64,000 nt of DNA, taken from the NCBI GenBank assembly GCA_039811165.1, contig JBDHYC010000012.1, forward strand, positions 19,090 to 83,089, in the 5' to 3' direction. The translations under genes and the position numbers were made by a program. Positions within the stretch are counted from its first letter, which is position 1, and the number at the start of each line of letters is the position of its first letter. Under the pieces are notes generated by a model, which ran no database searches, was not told the DNA's origin, and saw only the letters and a list, made by a program, of their open reading frames with translations. Shown here piece after piece: positions 11,735 through 19,451 of the stretch. This DNA is from Chitinophagaceae bacterium (GTDB taxonomy: Bacteria > Bacteroidota > Bacteroidia > Chitinophagales > Chitinophagaceae).

Positions 11735-12562
11735 ATGAAATGCCTGACTGCTGCCGTAGTATTTCTTTTTACAGCTTCTTTTGTGACAGCACAGAATCAT
11801 CAATTGATACAACTATGGCAGACTGATACAACATTAAAAACTCCTGAATCTGTTTTATTCCATCCCGGGAATAATTTTCTTTACGTTTCAAATATCAATG
11901 GAGCAGCAGGCGCCAAAGATGGAAATGGATCAATTGGCAAAGTAAATTTGGATGGGAAAATAATAAATGCAGATTGGGTAAAGGGATTGAATGCCCCGAA
12001 AGGAATGGGTTTTTACAAGGGAAAACTTTGGGTTGCGGATATTGATGAAGTGGTGGAGATCAATACTTCAACGGCTACAATAGAAAAAAGAATACCTGTA
12101 AACGGCGCCACTTTTTTGAACGATATTGCAATTAACGGGAAAGGTGTTGTTTATGTTTCCGATACCCGGATGAAAAAAGTATTTACTATTGAAGACGGCC
12201 GGGTAAACCTTTTATTAAGTGACCTGAAAGCTCCGAATGGTTTATTTGTTGCGGGTGACGACCTTTACATTCTTGATAATGGCTCATTACTAAAAATGGA
12301 AAAAAATAAAAGCTTGACAAAGATTGCGGACGGTATGGATCCCGGTACGGATGGATTGGAAATCATCAATGGGCATGATTTTATTGTTTCTGCCTGGGGC
12401 GGTGCTATTTATTATGTAAAAGCAGGTGGAAGTACAGAATTATTATTAGACACCCGTCCTCAAAAGATTAATGCTGCGGATATTGGATTGGATGCAGAGA
12501 AAAAGATAGTGTATGTACCTAATTTTTTACAAAACAGGATTACGGCCTATCAATTGAAGTAA
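11735..12562 (+). CDS. Secreted beta-propeller protein (SMP-30/gluconolactonase/LRE- or NHL-like)
   Basis: The track ORF starts at a GTG (11657) inside the palindromic element. The ATG at 11735 gives the signal peptide MKCLTAAVVFLFTASFVTAQ. Blade-like segments repeat through the protein. Confidence 0.45.
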   Translation: MKCLTAAVVFLFTASFVTAQNHQLIQLWQTDTTLKTPESVLFHPGNNFLYVSNINGAAGAKDGNGSIGKVNLDGKIINADWVKGLNAPKGMGFYKGKLWVADIDEVVEINTSTATIEKRIPVNGATFLNDIAINGKGVVYVSDTRMKKVFTIEDGRVNLLLSDLKAPNGLFVAGDDLYILDNGSLLKMEKNKSLTKIADGMDPGTDGLEIINGHDFIVSAWGGAIYYVKAGGSTELLLDTRPQKINAADIGLDAEKKIVYVPNFLQNRITAYQLK

Positions 12563-12627
12563 GAGAACGTTAAAGTTATTGAAGTGTTGATTTATATAAA
12601 TTGTAGTTTTTATTTTTAGAACTTCTT

Positions 12628-14229
12628 ATGGATTGTAATGCTATACGAATTCCTTACCGGCAAACCGGTTTTTTCACCCGGACAGCCCTGGATTATATTG
12701 ACCAGGCGGATGCATTGAAATCTTTTTTCGTTCATCCTCCGTCTTTGCAGGGAATTCAAAAAGCAATTGAGGCAAGAAAAAGACATAAGGTGGACAGGGA
12801 AACACTGGTTCGGCACCTGAAAAGTCAATATCAATCCGTTTCTTCAGCAAAGGCAGTTCATGAAAATATAGAAGCATTACTTTCGGCTGATACTTTTACG
12901 GTCACCACTGCACATCAGCCCAATATTTTTACTGGCCCGTTATATTTTATTTATAAGATTCTGCATGCAATACGGCTGTCTGAGCATTTGAAAAAGCTAA
13001 TGCCGGAATATCGCTTTATCCCGGTTTACTATATGGGTTCCGAAGATGCTGACCTTGATGAGCTGGGACATATACACCTGGATGGACAAAAAATTGAATG
13101 GAACACCAAACAGACCGGTGCTGTGGGAAGAATGAAAATTGATAAAGAATTCATACAGATAATTTCCCGGATAGTAGGCTGTTTATCCGTCCTGCCCTTT
13201 GGTGAAGAGATTCTCTCCCTGGTAAAAAAGGCTTACAGGGAAAATGTTTCTGTCCAGGATGCGACATTTTATTTTGTTAATGAATTATTTGCTGAATACG
13301 GTTTGATTGTTCTCGTCGCAGACGATGCGTCATTAAAAAAGCCAATGACCGGGGTGTTTGAAGATGATCTCATGAATCAAAAGCCATCCCGGATCGTTGA
13401 AGGCACTGCCAAAGAACTGCAGGCAGCGGGATACAAGGTTCAGGCTCATCCCAGGGAAATCAATTTGTTTTATTTGAAAGATAATCTGAGGGAAAGAATA
13501 GTGGAGAAAAATTCACAATTCGCAATTCACAATTCACAATTGCAATTTAGTAAAGAGCAAATGTTGGAGGAGTTAGAAAAACATCCTGAACGTTTCAGCC
13601 CGAATGTGATTTTAAGAGGATTATTCCAGGAAACGATTTTACCCAATCTTGTTTTTATAGGTGGCGGTGGGGAACTGGCCTATTGGTTGCAGCTAAAAGA
13701 TCTTTTTCAGCAATACAGCGTACCCTTCCCGGTATTACTGCTCAGAAATTCGTTTTTGGTTGTTGAAAAGAAATGGCAGGACAAGATTCAGAAACTGGGT
13801 TTTACATCAGAAGATATTTTTTCAAAAGAGGAGGAACTCCTGAACCGACTTGTAAAAAGGGAGATTATAAATGATGTCGGGCTTAATGGAACTTATACCG
13901 AGACAGGGCAAATATATGATTCCGTAAAAAAGCAGGCTACAGCAATTGACAAAACATTATCTGCCCATGTTGATGCGCTGAAAACTCAGGCCTTGCACCG
14001 GCTTCATGAGCTTGAAAAAAAAATATTCCGTTCCGCAAAAAGAAAATTTACGGATCAGCAACGCATGATTGAATCTGTAAAAGGAAAATTATTTCCTTTG
14101 GATAGTTTGCAGGAACGCCAGGATAATTTTTTATCTTATTATGCCAAATGGGGGAAAGATTTTTTAAAAGAGCTGTATAAAAATTCGCTGACTACGGAAC
14201 AGGAATTTGTAGTGCTTTCCGAAAAGTGA
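12628..14229 (+). CDS. bshC: Bacillithiol biosynthesis cysteine-adding enzyme BshC
   Basis: 533 aa. The blocks HQPNIFTGPLYFIYKI, MGSEDADLDE and HPERFSPNVILRGLFQETILPN..GGGGELAYW match conserved B. subtilis BshC blocks as I recall them. Confidence 0.8.
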   Translation: MDCNAIRIPYRQTGFFTRTALDYIDQADALKSFFVHPPSLQGIQKAIEARKRHKVDRETLVRHLKSQYQSVSSAKAVHENIEALLSADTFTVTTAHQPNIFTGPLYFIYKILHAIRLSEHLKKLMPEYRFIPVYYMGSEDADLDELGHIHLDGQKIEWNTKQTGAVGRMKIDKEFIQIISRIVGCLSVLPFGEEILSLVKKAYRENVSVQDATFYFVNELFAEYGLIVLVADDASLKKPMTGVFEDDLMNQKPSRIVEGTAKELQAAGYKVQAHPREINLFYLKDNLRERIVEKNSQFAIHNSQLQFSKEQMLEELEKHPERFSPNVILRGLFQETILPNLVFIGGGGELAYWLQLKDLFQQYSVPFPVLLLRNSFLVVEKKWQDKIQKLGFTSEDIFSKEEELLNRLVKREIINDVGLNGTYTETGQIYDSVKKQATAIDKTLSAHVDALKTQALHRLHELEKKIFRSAKRKFTDQQRMIESVKGKLFPLDSLQERQDNFLSYYAKWGKDFLKELYKNSLTTEQEFVVLSEK

Positions 14230-14295
14230 TCCCGGTTGTTATAAAGTAACCTGTTTTTATTTTGTAGTTCAAAACGGTGATTTTTCAAAAAAAAT

Positions 14296-14385
14296 TTACT
14301 TTTTGTCTTGATACAAAAAGTAACAAAAAAATCAAGGCAAAACATCAGAAGTCTGGAAAATTGAGAAGACTGTTTGTTTTGCCTT
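14296..14385. repeat. Two strong hairpins in the bshC-CRISPR intergenic region
   Basis: The first has a perfect 11-bp stem, TTACTTTTTGT(14296-14306)/ACAAAAAGTAA(14313-14323). The second has an 11-bp stem, AAGGCAAAACA(14334-14344)/TGTTTTGCCTT(14375-14385), with inner AGTCT/AGACT pairing. Confidence 0.7.
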
Positions 14386-14531
14386 TGAGCAGTTCAGGTG
14401 TGGGATCGGCGCAGATATTCAATATTTTATTTTTAGAATTTTTATATTGAAAGGAGGGAATGCTGTACCTGGCCCTAAGCCTAACAAGCCGCCCTTATTT
14501 TATTATTTTTAAAATTTGACAAAAGCCCTGC

Positions 14532-14592
14532 TGTGAATTGATTTGCTTTCTCCCGAAGGCTTTCGGATTATGTGGCTTAACTCTTTAACAAT
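14532..14592 (+). repeat. Degenerate solitary CRISPR repeat (D1) with an internal hairpin insertion
   Basis: The sequence is TGTGAattgATTTGCTTTC + tcccgaaggctttcgga + TTATGTgGCTTAaCTCTTTAACAAt. Both flanks align to the 47-nt repeat. The central AAATTTTC is replaced by a CCGAA/TTCGG hairpin. Confidence 0.8.
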
Positions 14593-14625
14593 GGTAATTA
14601 AAACTTATTAATTAGTTTTACAATT

Positions 14626-14889
14626 ATGATTATTGATGCCAGAACAGTAAATTTTTTAAAAAAATTCTCAACCGAGAATGTTTATTTCGCATCCTCATTC
14701 CATGATGTATATTTTAAATGGGATATTAAAGAAAGGAAATATTACCAAAAGTTTAGGGGAATGGAAGAGACGCCTGTACAAAAAGGCAGCGATTTGCTTA
14801 TGGAGGCTATTTTGGACAGAAATGAAATTACAGAAGAGGAATACGAATCAGGTAGTAATTTAGTGTCAAGAGATAGGATTTGGCATTAA
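14626..14889 (+). CDS. Hypothetical 87-aa protein occupying the interval between two degenerate CRISPR repeats
   Basis: This ORF is in the track, is AT-rich and has an acidic C-terminal half. I recognise no family. Its stop codon (14887-14889) abuts the next repeat remnant. Confidence 0.45.
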   Translation: MIIDARTVNFLKKFSTENVYFASSFHDVYFKWDIKERKYYQKFRGMEETPVQKGSDLLMEAILDRNEITEEEYESGSNLVSRDRIWH

Positions 14890-15020
14890 TTGATAATTTG
14901 GTTTGCTTTCAAATTTTATGCTTGTCCGTCCGAAGCGATGCGAAGGCGGATAGCTTAGCTCTCATATCCCGACAGAATCGTCGGGAAGATTTGCCCGCCT
15001 GCATGACGCAGTCGGGCAGG
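14889..15020 (+). repeat. Disrupted CRISPR repeat remnants (D2) with inserted hairpin sequences
   Basis: aTTGaTAATTTGgtttGCTTTCAAATTTT-ATG (14889-14920) is followed by a 30-nt insert. Next comes TAGCTTAGCTCT (14951-14962, repeat positions 28-39), then a 58-nt insert. That insert contains the hairpins TCCCGAC/GTCGGGA (14967-14986) and GCCCGCCTGC/GCAGTCGGGC (14993-15017). Confidence 0.8.
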
Positions 15021-16746
15021 CTTTCAAATTTTCATGTAGCTTAGCTCTTTAACAACCTTTATTAATAATTTTAATAGTAAGAAAAAGTTGTGATTTGCTT
15101 TCAAATTTTCATGTAGCTTAGCTCTTTAACAACTTGGCAATCAATACGGCTGTGGCTGAAGCTGTTGTGATTTGCTTTCAAATTTTCATGTAGCTTAGCT
15201 CTTTAACAACGAATTGATCTCTCCACTCCCTTTAGGGGATGTTGTGATTTGCTTTCAAATTTTCATGTAGCTTAGCTCTTTAACAACCGGCTATTATCAA
15301 TCTATATGACATACACGGTTGTGATTTGCTTTCAAATTTTCATGTAGCTTAGCTCTTTAACAACAGAACCCTCTTTACAATGCACAGCAGTTTGTGTTGT
15401 GATTTGCTTTCAAATTTTCATGTAGCTTAGCTCTTTAACAACAATTACTGCTCCCGTTCCTTCACCGGAATGGTTGTGATTTGCTTTCAAATTTTCATGT
15501 AGCTTAGCTCTTTAACAACGCCAATAACGGCAAGGTTAATTACCCCTGCGTTGTGATTTGCTTTCAAATTTTCATGTAGCTTAGCTCTTTAACAACCTTC
15601 CTGTACCCTGCAACCCATCTACACAAGTTGTGATTTGCTTTCAAATTTTCATGTAGCTTAGCTCTTTAACAACGTCGGCTTCATCAAATGTTAGCACCAA
15701 TGGTTGTGATTTGCTTTCAAATTTTCATGTAGCTTAGCTCTTTAACAACTAATTGCAGGCTGCATGGTGCTTGGGTTGGTTGTGATTTGCTTTCAAATTT
15801 TCATGTAGCTTAGCTCTTTAACAACCTACCGGTGTCAATTAGCACTAATATATCAGTTGTGATTTGCTTTCAAATTTTCATGTAGCTTAGCTCTTTAACA
15901 ACTTATTTAATAATTGTTTTTCTTTTTTCAATGTTGTGATTTGCTTTCAAATTTTCATGTAGCTTAGCTCTTTAACAACAATAATAATCTCGGACTATTT
16001 ACTTGAGTGTTGTGATTTGCTTTCAAATTTTCATGTAGCTTAGCTCTTTAACAACTGCGTTGTTTGGGATTACGAATGGATAAAAGTTGTGATTTGCTTT
16101 CAAATTTTCATGTAGCTTAGCTCTTTAACAACTATAAAATATCTACCATCTTGAAATTGAAGTTGTGATTTGCTTTCAAATTTTCATGTAGCTTAGCTCT
16201 TTAACAACAGCGTTGACGTTAACTATCGTTAATGTATCGTTGTGATTTGCTTTCAAATTTTCATGTAGCTTAGCTCTTTAACAACCAAAATAAAACAATT
16301 ATCAAATGCAAAGGAGTTGTGATTTGCTTTCAAATTTTCATGTAGCTTAGCTCTTTAACAACTTGTAATATCCGTGAACAATCAGCTTTATGTTGTGATT
16401 TGCTTTCAAATTTTCATGTAGCTTAGCTCTTTAACAACCCACCGGAAAAAACAGGCAAGCGATAAGCAGTTGTGATTTGCTTTCAAATTTTCATGTAGCT
16501 TAGCTCTTTAACAACAGAAACAAAGAAAGCGTATGATGCAATACGGTTGTGATTTGCTTTCAAATTTTCATGTAGCTTAGCTCTTTAACAACGGAGTTGA
16601 TACCATTCCTGCAATGCTAACAGTTGTGATTTGCTTTCAAATTTTCATGTAGCTTAGCTCTTTAACAACAAAAGACCTATCAATGCTCCTATTCCTGTTG
16701 TTGTGATTTGCTTTCAAATTTTCATGTAGCTTAGCTCTTTAACAAC
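15021..16746 (+). CRISPR. CRISPR array: one 5'-truncated repeat, 22 identical 47-nt repeats and 22 spacers (type II-C, Bacteroidetes 47-nt class)
   Basis: The repeat is GTTGTGATTTGCTTTCAAATTTTCATGTAGCTTAGCTCTTTAACAAC, first at 15087-15133 and last at 16700-16746. The period is ~77 nt with unique 29-31-nt spacers. The truncated copy (repeat positions 12-47) is at 15021-15056. The strand is assigned from tracrRNA anti-repeat complementarity. Confidence 0.98.
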
Positions 16747-16804
16747 AGCTTATAGGCAAAACCTTGATAATACGGTATTTGAGCTGGGTTTTACAATCAA
16801 AAAA

Positions 16805-16829
16805 ATGGGTTTGACGACCCATTTTTTTA
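16805..16829 (+). terminator. Intrinsic terminator downstream of the last repeat
   Basis: The stem is ATGGGT(16805-16810)/ACCCAT(16817-16822), followed by T7 and preceded by an A-run, so it is potentially bidirectional. Confidence 0.65.
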
Positions 16830-16916
16830 TTCCTACCCCTTTTTCATATCCTTTCAACCAAAAAGAATCCAAGCCCCAACGGGGCAATCTGTTTATAGAA
16901 AATTGTAAATTCAAAC

Positions 16917-16939
16917 CCCGGCTCCGTAGGAGCCGCCTG
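16917..16939. repeat. REP-like hairpin upstream of the Y1 transposase gene
   Basis: CCCCGGCTCCGTAGGAGCCGCCTG, with stem GGCTCC/GGAGCC. Its flank GCCGCCTG is the inverse of the CAGGCGGC flank seen on the downstream REPs. Confidence 0.75.
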
Positions 16940-16959
16940 AATCATAAAGCTACCTGCCA

Positions 16960-17421
16960 ATGGCTAATACATTTTCACAAATCTACCTGCAATTTGTTTT
17001 TGCAGTGAAAGGGCGCCAGAATCTTATAGAAAAGAAGAATAAGGAAGAACTCCATAAATACATCACCGCCCTGGTACAAAACCGAAATGCCAAAATGCTG
17101 GCGATTCATTGTATGCCTGATCATACGCATATTTTTGTTGGGTTCAAACCCTCAGTTCTCATTTCAGATTTTATCAAAGAAATTAAAGTTGAGAGCAATG
17201 AATTTATCAACAGTAAAAAGTGGATTAAAGGCAGGTTCAGTTGGCAGGAGGGCTATGGGGTATTTTCCTATTCTCATTCACATATTGACCGGGTGGTAAA
17301 ATATGTGCTCAACCAGGAAGCCCATCACTATAAAAAGCCTTTCCGCCAGGAATATCTTGAATTACTTAAACGCTTTGAAATTCCTTTTGAAGAAAAATAT
17401 CTTTTTGATTTTTTGGATTGA
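16960..17421 (+). CDS. IS200/IS605-family Y1 HUH transposase-like protein, probable REP-associated tyrosine transposase (RAYT)
   Basis: 153 aa with HUH motif PDHTHIFVG and catalytic-Tyr helix VVKYVLNQEAHH. It is a single gene with no tnpB, flanked on both sides by GCTCC-N3-GGAGC hairpins. Confidence 0.85.
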   Translation: MANTFSQIYLQFVFAVKGRQNLIEKKNKEELHKYITALVQNRNAKMLAIHCMPDHTHIFVGFKPSVLISDFIKEIKVESNEFINSKKWIKGRFSWQEGYGVFSYSHSHIDRVVKYVLNQEAHHYKKPFRQEYLELLKRFEIPFEEKYLFDFLD

Positions 17422-17429
17422 TATGCAGG

Positions 17430-17946
17430 AAGCTCCACCGGAAACTAATCCAGCTATCTGATACAGGTTAAAAATATGGCACACCTACGTGATCGGTGTT
17501 GTATAAACAGGCGGCTCCGAAGGAGCCTTTGTCCTCTTATTTCATTTGGGCTACAAACACACAGCTCCTCCGGAGCCCGATTCAGCTATCTGTTACAGAT
17601 TATAAATACAGCGCTCCTACGGAGCGTAACGGTTTTGTCATATAAATTGCAATTGATGTACAGGCGGCTCCGATGGAGCCTTTGTCCTCTTATTTCGTCC
17701 GGGCTACAAACACGCAGCTCCTACGGAGCGTAACCCTGTAATTTGTTAACGTTTATAAACGTGATGCTCCTACTGAGCTTTGCATTTCTGTATTAAGAAG
17801 CAGATCGAAATGATTTCAATAGATGTGCAGGGGGCTCCGATGGAGCCTCGATCTCCTTATATTATCGGGGCTACAAACACGCAGCTCCTCCGGAGCCTGA
17901 TCCAGCTATCTGTTACAGTTTAAGATCACGACGCTCCTCCGGAGCA
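17430..17946. repeat. Cluster of about 10 REP hairpins (GCTCC-N3-GGAGC) arranged in three composite 70-120-bp units
   Basis: Hairpins lie at about 17432, 17513-17527, 17564-17576, 17612-17626, 17665-17680, 17717-17729, 17763-17778 (degenerate), 17833-17847, 17884-17896 and 17933-17945. The repeated linker is GGGCTACAAACAC...AGCTATCTGTTACAG. Confidence 0.9.
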
Positions 17947-17971
17947 TATCACAGCCTGGCTAAATAGTCTA

Positions 17972-18346
<375 letters not shown>

Positions 18347-18410
18347 TCACAGACCTGGTAGCTGTAACCGGCTGGCTGATTATTTTATTTTCCATATATG
18401 GTGATTCCAT

Positions 18411-19343
18411 TCATTCAAGGGTAGGGTATAAAATCTTTCTTGTTGTGCCTTCAAAACATTTTGCAAGTGATGCGGTGGTTCGCTGCACCGCATTCATCAT
18501 CGGGCTTTTTTCTCCGTTTATTTTTACATCCATTGCCGGGATCTCCAATAACATTTTTTTCATGGAGGGTGTCATTTCCAAAAATCTTCCATTATTTCGG
18601 ATGATCTGATATACTACCATATCCACATAAGGACGATAAGGTTCCATGATGTCGTCTGCTAAACAATAAGCATTGTATTGATTGCGGTGATGAATTCCGA
18701 GAGTTGGTAATAGTCCGCTTGCCACTAAGCTTCTTGCCACCAATGCTCTTAAAATTGCATAGCCATAATTCAAAAGATTATTGGGTGGCGGGCCGAAACG
18801 TTCTCTCCGGAATTCCAATTCTTCCGGAAAAATTCGTTTCCAATAATAAGCAGCGGCCTTAGCTTCATGATTTTCGCTGTCGCCGCTTTTTACATCAGTA
18901 GCATAGCGCAGAAGAATTTTGTTTTCTGTTCTTTGCCTGTTTAGCAATGCAGCCTGGTTTTCTATTTTGGAAATAATGGTTTGTTGCCATAATTGTTTTT
19001 TCAGCGGAACAGTGGCATCTATCTGCGCCTGGAATTTTTGGCTTTGAAGTGTATTACCATCAAGGCTTAGTAACATGCCTGCAGGGTGGTGGGTATTATC
19101 GCAGGTGATGACGGCGCTGTTGTTTGCTAATAGTTTTGCGAGTAATGCCTGCGTGATGGTGACCTGTTTATGATCGAGGATAAGCAGCCCAATATCTTCA
19201 ATGGGAATCGTTTTGGGTTCGGGTTTTATTTCTTCCTTTCCTTCAGGCAGGGTAACAGCAATGGCGGGAACTTCGACTACGAGTTGTTCGTTGGCGGTTT
19301 TGAGATAAGCGGGGTTACCAAAATATAGGGTTCGCTTTATCAC
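18411..19343 (-). CDS. cas1: CRISPR-associated endonuclease Cas1 (type II)
   Basis: 310 aa starting MIKRTLYFGNPAYL. Conserved GxHH (LGIHHRNQ) and acidic motifs are present. It lies adjacent to cas9 and cas2. Confidence 0.95.
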   Translation of the reverse strand: MIKRTLYFGNPAYLKTANEQLVVEVPAIAVTLPEGKEEIKPEPKTIPIEDIGLLILDHKQVTITQALLAKLLANNSAVITCDNTHHPAGMLLSLDGNTLQSQKFQAQIDATVPLKKQLWQQTIISKIENQAALLNRQRTENKILLRYATDVKSGDSENHEAKAAAYYWKRIFPEELEFRRERFGPPPNNLLNYGYAILRALVARSLVASGLLPTLGIHHRNQYNAYCLADDIMEPYRPYVDMVVYQIIRNNGRFLEMTPSMKKMLLEIPAMDVKINGEKSPMMNAVQRTTASLAKCFEGTTRKILYPTLE

Positions 19344-19451
19344 AGGATGATGGGTTTCTAAGGATAAAACGAAGAATGAGGGGATTTATTTTCTGTTATT
19401 TCCAAAGGGTTGCTTACCTTTTCATCGGCTTCTTTAAAGGAGTTAAAGACG

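Noticed and set aside
13505-13550. Short tandem AATTCACAATTC(G/A)CAATT repeats
   Set aside because: They lie in frame within bshC (…KNSQFAIHNSQLQF…). It is a small coding low-complexity duplication, not a regulatory or CRISPR-like repeat.
14139-14345. 68-aa minus-strand ORF (…FFVTFCIKTKSKFF…)
   Set aside because: It is the translation of the 11-bp-stem hairpin region. It also overlaps the 3' end of bshC.
14678-14863. 61-aa alternative-frame ORF inside the 87-aa ORF
   Set aside because: It is shorter, fully nested, and does not fill the inter-repeat interval. I kept only the 87-aa frame as the candidate.
16805-17008. 67-aa ORF between the array and the transposase gene
   Set aside because: It starts inside the terminator hairpin, runs through the REP hairpin and overlaps the start of the well-supported Y1 transposase ORF. 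I treat it as spurious.
17476-17733. 85-aa ORF (…RRLRRSLCPLIS… repeated twice) downstream of the Y1 transposase gene
   Set aside because: Its internal repetition is simply the translation of tandem REP units (GGCGGCTCCGAAGGAGCC…). There is no coding signal beyond the repeats.
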